The notes below the pieces were generated by a model. That model was not told where the DNA came from, searched no databases, and saw only the letters and a list, made by a program, of their open reading frames with translations. Of a stretch of 25,621 bases of DNA, positions 10,515 through 20,524 are shown in pieces. The position numbers and the translations under genes are program-made. Positions within the stretch are counted from its first letter, which is position 1; each line of letters begins with the position of its first letter. Source of the stretch: Octopus sinensis (Eukaryota); NCBI RefSeq assembly GCF_006345805.1, contig NW_021836396.1:1-25621 (forward strand), written 5' to 3'.

Positions 10515-10790
10515 ATGGCCTCGACTGGCAGAATCGTTAGAGAGCGAAACGGGTGTTTGTGGGACGAAAAAGAAAATGAAAAAAAGCAAGATTGCTGTAT
10601 TTAACTACTTTTGCTATTTTTTTTTTTTTAGTGTTCTGATTTGAAATCCCGTCAAGGTAAACTTAGGCTTTTATCGTTACGGGGTTCGATAAAATACATT
10701 ACCAATCAAGTAGCGGCGTTGATATAATCGATTGTTCTTTTCATCTCTACAAATGATTGGGCCTTGTGTATTTGTGAAAAAAAAGAGAGA
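10515..10790 (+). mobile_element. Old, decayed SINE family B
   Basis: CTGGCAGAATCGTTAG head remnant; GTTCTGATTTGAAATCC..GGGGTTCGATAAAAT..GATATAATCGA..GGCCTTGTG follows family B colinearly. Confidence 0.55.
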
Positions 10791-10825
10791 AACTACAAAA
10801 AGATCAATAATTGTTTTTCTGTGTC

Positions 10826-12215
10826 GGGCAGAGTCGGTAGAGCGTCCGTCAAAAGTATTTTGCAGTATTTAGTGATCCCCCACCACACACACACACGCAC
10901 TCTCTCTCCTCTCTCTCTCTCTCTCTCTTGCATGCTCACTTTCTCTCCCTTTCTCCCCTCTCTCTCGCATGGCCACTTTCTCTCTGCCTCTCTCTCTCTC
11001 TTTCTCTCCCCGTCTCTCTCTCTCTCTCTCTCTCGCATGCTCACTTTTTCTCCTCTGCCTCTCTCTTTCTCTCTCTCTTGCATGCTCACTTTCTTCCTGT
11101 CTGTCTGTTTCTCTCTCTCTCTCACGCATGCTTACTTTCTGTCTCTCTATCTCTCTTTCTCTTTCTCTCGCATGCTCACTTTCTTGTCCCCCACCCTCCT
11201 TCTCTCTCTCCCACATGCTCACTTTCTGTCTGTCCTCTCATCCCACTCTCCTTCTCTCTCTCTCCCACAGCCTCACTTTCTGTCTCTTGCCCTCCCACCC
11301 TCTCTCTCTCTCTCCCACATGCTCACTTTCTGTCTCTCCCTCCCTCACCACCTCTCTCTCTCTCTCTCTGTCCCCACATGCTTCACTTTCTGTCTCTCCT
11401 CCTCCCCCACCCTCTCTCTCATCTCTCTCTCCCACATGCTCACTTCGGTCTCTCTCCCCCCACCTCTCTCCTCTTCTCTCCCAAGCTCCTGTCTCTTCCT
11501 CCTCCCACCTCTCTCTCTCTCTCTCCCACATGCTCACTTTCTGTCTCTCCTCCTCCCACCCTCTCTCTCTCTCTCTCCAACATGCTCACTTTCTGTCTCT
11601 TCCTCCCTCCCACCCTCTCTCTCTCTCTCCCACATGCTCACTTTCTGTCTCTCCCTCCCTCCCACCACCTCTCTCTCTCTCTCTCCCACATGCTCACTTT
11701 CTGTCTCTCCCTCCCTCCCACCCTCTCTCTCTCTCTCCCACATGCTCACTTTCTGTCTCTCCCTCCCTCCCACCCTCTCTCTCTCTCTCTCCCACATGCT
11801 CACTTTCTGTCTCTTCCTCCCTCCCACCCTCTCTCTCTCTCTCCCACATGCTCACTTTGTCTCTCATCCCTTCATCCACCCTCTCTCTCTCTCTCTCCCA
11901 CATGCTCATTTCTGTCTCTTCCTCCTCCCCCCTCTCTCTCTCTCTCCCACATGCTCACTTTCTGTCTCTCCCTCCCCCTCTCTCTCTCTCTCCCACATGC
12001 TCACTTTCTGTCTCTCCCTCCCACCCTCTCTCTCTTTCTCTCACACACTCACTCTCTCTCTCTCTCTCTCTCTCTCGCTCTCTACGCTCTGTGTTCAGAT
12101 CCCGCTTGGATCGACTTCGGCCTCTTATCTATACAGAGAGTTCGATAAAGACACTACGAGTGTTATAATAAAGTAAATCGATATAATTGATTCATCCTCA
12201 AAGGGAGTGGCCTTG
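10826..12215 (+). mobile_element. Decayed family-B-like SINE split by a minisatellite
   Basis: Head GGGCAGAGTCGGTAGAGCG..CAGTATTT (10826-10870). The body resumes at 12079 with CTCTACGCTCTGTGTTCAGATCCCG..GATCGACTTCGGCC..TCGATAAA..GATATAATTGA..GGCCTTG. Confidence 0.55.
10901..12078. repeat. Pyrimidine-rich minisatellite, ~22 units of ~45-58 bp with core CATGCTCACTTTCTGTCTCT plus variable (CT)n
   Basis: The core recurs at about 10931, 10968, 11036, 11081, 11127, 11171, 11214, 11268, 11318, 11377, 11435, 11529, 11581, 11633, 11689, 11741, 11795, 11848, 11901, 11950 and 11996. Confidence 0.95.
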
Positions 12216-12624
12216 TTTTTACATCGGGAATCATTAATTATCGGGATGTGTGTGGATGTGGATGTGCGGGCGAGTGTGTCTATGTATGCGTATGTGTGTG
12301 TATGTGAGAGAGAGAGAGAGGGGGAGGGGAAGAGAGAGACAAGTTGTGAACATGCGCGTGTGCGCATACACGAGTGTATATACATGTATGAATGTTTGAG
12401 CTACACGTGTTAAGGTCTTTAAATATGTGCGTAGGACAGTGTCATAGTAAGCATGTCGTCACTATTTCTATGTATTTTGTATGTATGTATGTATGTATGT
12501 ATGTATGTATGTATGTATGTATGTATATATGTATGTATGTATATGTGTATGTATGTGTGTATGTATGTATGTATTTATGCGTGCAGATTTGTATGTTTTG
12601 TTTTATGTATGCATTCGCATGCAT

Positions 12625-12851
12625 ATAGCTACATATCTAGACATGCTCATATACATCTAAATGATAAACTTCTGGAAAGTTTTACAGACTTTTACAGTTC
12701 CAGTGATGGATTGGATCTGTAGTCTTCGAATTAGCTTTCTCCTTTCTGGTTTTGAGAAGCCTAATTTCTCAAGATTGGTATTTAGGCAGTGTGTTACATA
12801 TCCCAGGGCCCCAATAATTACTGGTATAAACCTGAACTTGTAAACTGGATA
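12625..12851 (-). mobile_element. 3' end of an RLE-type (R2/R4/NeSL/CRE-group) non-LTR retrotransposon
   Basis: Uninterrupted YPVYKFRFIPVIIGALGYVTHCLNTNLEKLGFSKPERRKLIRRLQIQSITGTVKVCKTFQKFII* with the P.IIGALG motif typical of the region after the restriction-like endonuclease; short 3' UTR. Confidence 0.8.
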
Positions 12852-12905
12852 TATATTTATGTATGTATATATATGTATGTGTGTGTATGTAGGTACGTAT
12901 GTATG

Positions 12906-13133
12906 TATTGGGCCATCCCACAAATAATGTGGTTTTTTTCAATTGCATGAACTAAAAGTCGGAGGGGGATGGGATAAACTACCTGCATCAACTTGCTATA
13001 AAAGCAGGTAATATTTTACCTTGTACTTATTCTTGGTTCAAGTTATGGAAAGTGCAGGTCGATTTTAACAGTTATTTTTTCAAAGCTAGAATGGAAGTGA
13101 CAAAGGAACATATTTGGCATATTTTGTTTTATG
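12906..13133 (+). mobile_element. 5' end of a mariner transposon (TIR, leader, first transposase codons)
   Basis: TA-TTGGGCCATCCCACAAATAATG terminus; ATG at 13091 gives MEVTKEHIWHILFY, resembling the mariner N-terminus (ME..KEH.RHILL.). Truncated by a microsatellite. Confidence 0.8.
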
Positions 13134-13180
13134 TGCGTACATATACTACATACATACATACATACATACATACATACATA

Positions 13181-13749
13181 CAATAATACCTTACTTTACC
13201 ACACCTGCTTTACGAGACCCCGGGTTTTCCGAGTTTTATTTTTCAGCTCACTTTTTTTGTATGGTAAGCTGAAATTTTTCAAGCACAAGATCCAAATTCT
13301 GAACCAAGTTGAAAAGTTTCTACTGCCATAACAAATGCCTCTGTGTGTTACCGAGAAATTTATAGAGAGCGAAAAACACCTTCTAAGCAGACTTGTTTTT
13401 TAAAAAGAAATCTACACGTCCGTCTACGAGTGCATGTGGATCGGCGATCGTGCCCATTAACGATGGTGTGCGCGAGTCTAGTGTGAGTGAAATTGATTCA
13501 GAAAACGATTATATTTTTATTATAAATGAATTTGACATTCTTTCTTTATTTTTGTATGTTCTTTACATTCTACTATTGTTTTATTGCCATTTATTTACAA
13601 GTATTAAATTTTATTGGTAAAATATATTTCTGGAAACGAATTATCGTTTATAACATTGCTACTATTGGAAATTATTGCTCTGCTTTATGAATTTTCGCTT
13701 TACGAGCGGTCTCCGGGAAGAAATTTACTTGTATATCGAGGCGTTACTA
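13181..13749 (+). mobile_element. Tigger/pogo-like internal-deletion derivative
   Basis: Both decayed ends fit CAGTAAYRCCTCG.T.TAC and are flanked by TA. Subterminal GCTTTACGAG occurs twice. 13283-13440 encodes QDPNSEPS*KVSTAITNASVCYREIYRERKTPSKQT/FFKK, like the Tigger transposase C-terminus. Confidence 0.75.
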
Positions 13750-13765
13750 TATATATATATATATA

Positions 13766-13958
13766 GGCAGAGTTTACGAAAAAAAAACAAACAAAAGACG
13801 AAGACAGGTGGTGTATAAAACAAACAGATGTATTAGTATAACGCTCAGGAATAGAAAAAGTGTTTTACGTTTCGAGCCTACGCTCTTCTACAGAAAGGAA
13901 CACGGAAAGAAACAAGGAGAGAAAAAATGTATGTAGTGGCTAACGATCTATCATGGCG

Positions 13959-13962
<4 letters not shown>
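13766..13962 (-). mobile_element. Short Penelope-like terminal-repeat fragment, family 2 copy 1
   Basis: About 135 bp are nearly identical to 20001-20138 in the opposite orientation. It contains a hammerhead-like motif and is bounded by (TA)n on both sides. Confidence 0.7.
13862..13897 (-). ncRNA. Candidate minimal type-I hammerhead, family 2
   Basis: Minus strand CUUU-CUGUAGA-A-GAGC(GUAG)GCUC-GAA-ACGU-A-AAAC: 4-bp stem II, loopless palindromic stem III, GUA triplet, A6 replaced by U. Confidence 0.55.
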
Positions 13963-14005
<43 letters not shown>

Positions 14006-14187
14006 CGCATGTGTGTGTATACCTTAAGTAGTGTTAAGTCTAAATCTATAGCAGTTTAAAGATTGACTCTCTTTGTTTCTTTCCCTCTCTCTTTCACTGT
14101 TTATTTCACTCTCTCTATTTCTCCTTCTCTCTTCCAATCTACGAACCAATCTATCAAACTACCTACCAACCTACCTACCTACCTGTA

Positions 14188-14248
<61 letters not shown>

Positions 14249-14259
14249 ATGTACGTATG

Positions 14260-14295
<36 letters not shown>

Positions 14296-14609
14296 TATAT
14301 CACTGTTCTGTCTGTGCAACAGCTTTCTATGCCTAGACGAATTGTCTTCCAAAGTGTGAAGGCAGAAACCAAATTCAATTAAACCGCGCGGAAAGAGATA
14401 AGTTGTAAATATGTTTGTTAGAAACAGGTGTTCGTGCTGCAGTTTGATAAATAGCCGTGTTTTGCGTTAAGTTTAGTGTTTAATATTTTGGATATAATAT
14501 CAAAGGATAATACGATGCAAATCTATCATGGTGCATAAACGATGGATTAGAGAGATAAAGGATAATGTTATCTTAATATTTTGTAGGTTTACAAGCTGCA
14601 AAGTATTTA

Positions 14610-14735
14610 ACGCGTGTATATGCATGCATACACACATACACACACACACACACATATGTATATATACATACATACGTACATACAAACATAAGTGTGTGTA
14701 TATATATAGAGGGAGACTGGCATATATGTATACAT

Positions 14736-14766
<31 letters not shown>

Positions 14767-14926
14767 CAAGAATATATGTATAGATATATGTATTTATATA
14801 TATACATACACACACATTCATACATATGTATGTATGTATATATACATACATATATATATGTATATATATATACACATATACATATGTATATACATATATA
14901 TATGGATATACATATGCATACATATG

Positions 14927-14957
<31 letters not shown>

Positions 14958-14996
14958 CATATATATATGCATATGAATATATATATATATAGATAT

Positions 14997-15082
<86 letters not shown>

Positions 15083-15095
15083 ATATATAATATAT

Positions 15096-15127
<32 letters not shown>

Positions 15128-15155
15128 ATATATATATACACATATATATATAATA
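14610..15155. repeat. Long compound (TA)n/(CA)n/(TACA)n microsatellite
   Basis: Visible directly in the sequence. Confidence 0.95.
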
Positions 15156-15605
15156 TGTCCTAGTTGGCCAAGCCTGCTTAATGTAATCGCCAGATACAAT
15201 AAACTTCGGATGTCTGAGAGCCGCAAGACATGAACCAAATTAGGCAGGAATTCATTTATTTATTCGTTCATTCGTTCCACATCTTGTTAGAAAGTCTTTC
15301 CAGAAATGTTAAGAAACACGCGTATTAAATGCTCTTTATTTGTGACGTAGTATTTTTTTTCTTTCTTTGCTTTGGAACTGCTAATTTACATTAATTTCAG
15401 TAATTACAAAGTACGCTTACATATCAAATGTTTTCGAAAATCTTGGCTGTTGATTCTTTCGATGGTATTGATCGCTTTTTAAAACTTTTTAAAAATTTTT
15501 TATTTTTTAAATGGTTAACGAGCTCCGGAAACATCTAAGAAAAATATACGAATTTAGATTCAATAACATAAAATTAGACTGCCAAATGCACGGCTAAAAT
15601 GTAAG

Positions 15606-15623
15606 ATGATGATGATGATATTC

Positions 15624-15665
<42 letters not shown>

Positions 15666-15735
15666 TAATAATAATAATAATATCATCTTAATAATAATAA
15701 CGATGGCGGCGATGATGATGATGATAATAATAATA

Positions 15736-15819
<84 letters not shown>
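15606..15819. repeat. (GAT)n/(AAT)n trinucleotide tract
   Basis: Visible directly in the sequence. Confidence 0.95.
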
Positions 15820-15820
<1 letters not shown>

Positions 15821-16071
15821 GTATTTATCTTAATCTATCTGCTGAAAATATGTAGGAAAATATTTAAAAGAAATGAAGAAAACGTTAAAAAAAAAAGACC
15901 TGGAAACCAATAAAATTAGAGGCATTTTAATCAAATGCCACTTCGCAAAATTACAGTCTTGTAATATTTTTATGACAAACAGACAATGCTACAATTACTT
16001 GACTGTTAAAGCCACTCTTTAGAGCAACTAAAGGTCTTGCCAGACTTTGTCTTTGTTGCGAGACGACAGGC

Positions 16072-16310
16072 GTCGCTACTGTACGAATTAGTTCTGAATT
16101 AGTTATTACAGAATGCTCCGATTCATTGCAGCATGTTTAGGAATGGTCTCTATTTGCAGCTACGAACGCTCTTTTGATCCCCCGTCTTTGCTATGAGCCG
16201 ATAGTTGTCGCTACTGTACGAATTAGCCCGCTCAGATGAGGGTTGCTCAATGTGTTATTTTTACCAGTTTCATTACAGAATGCACGGATTCACTGCAGGA
16301 TGCTAGAATG
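16072..16310 (+). repeat. Old local direct duplication
   Basis: GTCGCTACTGTACGAATTAG is exact at 16072-16091 and 16207-16226; each copy is later followed by ATTACAGAATGC.C.GATTCA.TGCAG.ATG. Confidence 0.85.
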
Positions 16311-16344
16311 CCAAGTTTAAAGTTTATACATGATTCACAGACAA

Positions 16345-16575
16345 ATTAAGCTGTCTTCGACCATCCCATTTTAACTAAGGCGCTCAAATCTGTAATCCTA
16401 ATCCATCCCCACTTTCTTTGTTCACAGTGCTTTGGCATTCTTCTGTAATCTTCGCTGATCTGAAATTTCTTTAAAACCTCTTTCTTCGGTAATGGAGAGC
16501 AAATCCTCAACACAGACCCACCATTACAATTGGTATTTAAAATCTGAACTACTTCCATTGACCGTAACCGCTACA
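16345..16575 (-). pseudogene. Possible very old CR1/L2-type reverse-transcriptase relic
   Basis: Across frameshifts: VTVNGSSSDFK..GSVL..DLSALVK, in the order expected for QRVVVNG.S.W..GSVLGP..DL.AL.KW. The catalytic motif is not recoverable. Confidence 0.35.
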
Positions 16576-16949
16576 CATACGTTTTATGAAGTCAGGTCTC
16601 ACTTCATACCCACAAAATAATTATTAAGCTTTTCTTAATTACATTTTACATAGAGATGTATAAGGGAACACGTCCAACATTTTCCACAAGTCACATATTG
16701 TATGTGTGCGTGTGTGTATCTGTCTGTCTGTATGTATTTCCTGTCTGAATTGTAGCTACCTCCTCCTTTCTACATTAGGGATTGGTAGGGTCTTTGGTCA
16801 TATTGCCTATAAGAGAACATAAGGAACTCGCATAGTGAGGCGATTCAACGGTTTCCTGTTTTTTCGTACGAACACTTCTTCCTTCACTTCGCTCTTAATA
16901 ATATTCTACATTACTCATCTTATCTGCCATATATAACACATTAGGAAGA

Positions 16950-17640
16950 CGCTGTTGTGGATATGTCAGCTGCGAATCGTTCGGGTCTGTGCGTCACCTG
17001 TAACAAACGCCATCTTCGCGAGCATCTTGGTCAAAATCTACATTCAGTAGTTATGTACCTATAATCCTCAATGATGTACCACTTAATGGCATCATTGTTC
17101 GATAACATCACCAATTTCCGGCTTACAAAACTGGAATTCTCCTGGTCAACTACCAGAGATCTAAGATGTCTGCCTAGGCTTCACCCGGCAAGAAAGCATA
17201 TCTACATAGATTTTTTGCAGGGCTGCCAATCTAAAACAGGCGATTTGCGCCAGATGCATCCCGTATCTCAACTCTCGCAACTCTCGGCCTCTTCTGGTGA
17301 GAATCGAAACAGGCCATCGAGATAAGCATCGGAATCCGACGTTTCCGACACACCAGTTCCTTGAAAAGGGTCGAGAAAATTGCTGCTGAAAAAAAGAATG
17401 CGTCTATTTGAAATCGAATACCCCCACCCCTATCGTGGTCTCTCAATGGTTGCATCGTGGTTTTCTTGCAAAGGTCTATATCTTCCACCTGAGCCTATCG
17501 AACGGCTTTCATTTCCTTGCAAGTAATAGCACGTATCTCAACTCTGGCAACGCAACTTCGATGTTTCCCACCGAAAGAATGATAGAGCGCAATTGTCGCC
17601 TCTAGCACGACTGTCACGTTTCCTTTTCTAATCTGTTGAC
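16950..17640. other. CpG-enriched island of unknown origin with an internal 20-bp repeat
   Basis: CGTATCTCAACTCT(C/G)GCAAC occurs at 17262 and 17532; CGCCATCTT (YY1-type motif) at 17008-17016. Confidence 0.5.
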
Positions 17641-17900
17641 AAGATGCCGCTTTGACCTATCTTTCTCTATACTGATTCCTTACGAAAACCTATCATTGTA
17701 CCTGAAATATTACTCTTTACAGTGTGTTGACCATTGACCGGAGAAAACGTATGTATCACTTCCTTATCCAAACAATAACACCGATATTTTCAATACAGTG
17801 AAGAAAGATTGTATTACTTGCGGTTAGAAATATTGATGTAGTCATTGAATCATTGGGAAATTTCAAGAGGAGAAAGAAGAACGGCAGGACATGCAGGAAA

Positions 17901-17963
17901 AGGAGGGAAGGAAGGAAAGAAGGAAGGAAGGAATGAAGGAAGGATGGGAGGAAGGAAGGAAGG
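17901..17963. repeat. (GAAG)n microsatellite
   Basis: Visible directly in the sequence. Confidence 0.9.
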
Positions 17964-18154
17964 ATATACATGGCCAAGTCATGGAACAAGACGAGGTTGT
18001 TGAAAGTGAAGAAGTAGGGTTGTGGTTGAGGGAAACCAGAAATGAAAAACTGGATCGTTAATCGCTCACGAAAAAAGCTGTTAGGATGAATTTGATAAGG
18101 GCAGAGCTTAATATAACTCAGACAGAGCAGCAAATACGAAATATGTGGAAAATG

Positions 18155-18278
18155 GGTGGAAAAGCTTTGGCTAATCTCGAGGCCGTGGTTGAAGACGCTT
18201 GACCAGGGTTCATAGAGATGGAATAGAACCCTAAACCACGTAGTTACAAAGCATACATCTCAACCGCTCAACCACGTC
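18155..18278 (-). mobile_element. Highly decayed SINE family A head
   Basis: AAGCTTTGG..CGAGGC..GAAGACGCTTGACCAGGGT..GAACCC..AACCACG aligns loosely with 6370-6480. Confidence 0.45.
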
Positions 18279-18744
18279 TGACATTGCACTGCACAAGGAC
18301 ATTTCTAATTCCCGTAATTTTCCAGATACGGAACTTTATGATAATCTACTGATTTTTGTTCAGATAATCTTTGCTAGAATGAGGCAGCTACAATTCACAC
18401 AGGAAATACATACATACATACAGACAGACACACACACACACATACATACATACACGTACACACACATACATACATACACACACACATATACATATGTACA
18501 CATACATACACACACACACACATCAAGTAAACCAGCGTCCATTTTCCACACGTTTGATTTGAGTATCATAAAACTGTGCAACTAAGAGATTAAATTCTGT
18601 CCCCATTAGAATAGGGCAAAACTCAATTGTGGACAAAGCTTTCTTGTTGGGGGAATTAAACTGAACATGGCAACTAAAGAAATAATAGTCATTATGTCAG
18701 TGATGGTGAATGTGTATGACCTTAATGCTTAAGGATAATTTGGT

Positions 18745-18848
18745 TTTTGATTGTAAGGTTGTGGGGTGAATTCTAAAACGGGCAGCGCATCGCGTTTGAA
18801 CAAGGCACTCCATGTCTCATTACCCTTGCTTCTACTCAGCTGAAAATG
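18745..18848 (+). mobile_element. Highly decayed family C/D-type SINE head
   Basis: TTGAACAAGGCACTCCATGTCTCATTACCC..CTACTCAGCTGAAAATG resembles the reverse complement of 5335-5395. Confidence 0.4.
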
Positions 18849-19273
18849 TATACAGAGCAGAGTGTTGGTGCGTCCCCCCTCTCTCTATCTATCACACAGG
18901 ATAGACCTACATCTATCTCTTATCTATCTATCTCACAGTAGTTGTCACATCCTAAATGTTTCACTGGATTAAGGGAAAGTGAGGACGAGAGTGTGCCAAT
19001 ATCCGCTTGCGATTATACAGGCATCGAAAACAACTTTCGAAAGCATGTTACACTTTATGAAGCCTTACACGCTCGTGTATGACGGTTGGGTGTACGATAC
19101 ATCGGTGGTGTAGATTCCTGTAACTCTACCATCCTGAAATTACTGTTTACAGAGACACAAGCCAGTAAAACAATTTCAGTCGCAGTAGTATTGCTTCTTA
19201 CTATTGTACCACACTTCAGTAACTACGCAAGCCAACGATTTTCCTACTGAGAAAAAAGAACAATAATTGTTTT

Positions 19274-19566
19274 GCACTGTCACTCAAGCGTGTCAGCCTT
19301 CAATTACGGTGCCCAAAATATTGTCACATGATATCAACGCACGGACGAAGCGGGTATCTTACAAAAATTTCTAAGCCTAATCACGTGATCACCCTGTGTC
19401 ACACTAAATAGATTAAATTCAAAGAGTTTTGATTGCTTAGCACTGTTACTTGACACGGTCACTCAACTGTGTCAGACTTAAATTACGGCACCAAAAATAT
19501 ATTCCTGATATTAGCGTACGGACGGGTAACTTACAAAACTCTCTTAGTCTAATCACCTGATCATCC
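19274..19566 (+). repeat. Diverged ~120-bp direct duplication
   Basis: 19274-19393 versus 19453-19566: GTCACTCAA..GTGTCAG.CTT.AATTACGG..CC.AAAATA..TGATAT.A.CG.ACGGACG..CTTACAAAA..CTAATCAC.TGATCA.CC. Confidence 0.85.
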
Positions 19567-19799
19567 TTTGCCAAATGTATCCAAAACAGATACTAAGTTG
19601 AGCCATGTTTTCTCTATAAAAACTGGAGAATTTTCGAGCTCCAGTCAGAAGCAAGACAGATGCGGCATAGCCCCCACTTCTCTGTCTCACTTAACTTTTG
19701 AAAATCAGAACAAATGTCTAAAAACGTTTAAGCCTTTAAAAATAAAGCATCTAAAAGACTCCAAGTGCATTTTCAACTTCTCTCTCTCACTCTCTCTTT

Positions 19800-19811
19800 C
19801 TATTATATATA

Positions 19812-19865
<54 letters not shown>

Positions 19866-19950
19866 TACATATATATATATATATTATATATATATATATA
19901 TACATATTATATATATATATATATATAATATATATATATATTATATATAT

Positions 19951-19987
<37 letters not shown>

Positions 19988-20000
19988 CATACATATATAT
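19800..20000. repeat. (TA)n microsatellite
   Basis: Visible directly in the sequence. Confidence 0.95.
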
Positions 20001-20138
20001 TCTCTCCTTTTTTTCTCTCCTTGTTTCTTTCTGTGTCCCCTTCTGTAGAAGAGCGTAGGCCGAAACGTAAAAGACTTTTTCTATTCCTGAGCGTTACACT
20101 AATACATCTGTTTGTTTTGTACACCACCTGTCTTCGTC
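20001..20138 (+). mobile_element. Short Penelope-like terminal-repeat fragment, family 2 copy 2
   Basis: Near-identical to the reverse complement of 13797-13927; bounded by (TA)n. Confidence 0.7.
20039..20073 (+). ncRNA. Candidate minimal hammerhead, family 2, with damaged stem II
   Basis: CCUU-CUGUAGA-A-GAGC(GUAG)GC-C-GAA-ACGU-A-AAAG; one U of stem II is deleted relative to 13862-13897. Confidence 0.4.
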
Positions 20139-20139
20139 T

Positions 20140-20190
<51 letters not shown>

Positions 20191-20193
<3 letters not shown>

Positions 20194-20391
20194 GGTGGCC
20201 AAAAGTAAGTTTACAGTTATCACGTAGGCACTTTAAAAACATTTTATTATGTTTAAATTTCTGTCTTACAATCAACTAAATTAGCATAGAATAATGGTTT
20301 CATATTTTTTTATAATTAAGATTTAAATTGTTAATATATAAATGCGAAAGAGATAGTTGAATAACTGTAAACCTACTTTGGGGCTACCCTA
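20191..20391. mobile_element. Tc1/mariner-type MITE with ~30-bp TIRs
   Basis: Left CAGGGTGGCCAAAAGTAAGTTTACAGTTAT (20191-20220); right end reverse complement TAGGGTAGCCCCAAAGTAGGTTTACAGTTAT (20361-20391). Both sides are flanked by TA repeats. Confidence 0.85.
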
Positions 20392-20419
20392 TATATATAT
20401 ATGCATATACATATATACA

Positions 20420-20461
20420 CACACGCGCACGCACACACACACACACACACCACACGCACAC

Positions 20462-20522
<61 letters not shown>
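20420..20522. repeat. (CA)n microsatellite
   Basis: Visible directly in the sequence. Confidence 0.95.

Positions 20523-20524
<2 letters not shown>

Noticed and set aside
10764-12176. Three overlapping long ORFs (470, 406 and 399 aa) rich in Ser, Leu and Pro
   Set aside because: The pyrimidine-only minisatellite lacks stop codons in all three plus-strand frames; there is no coding signal.
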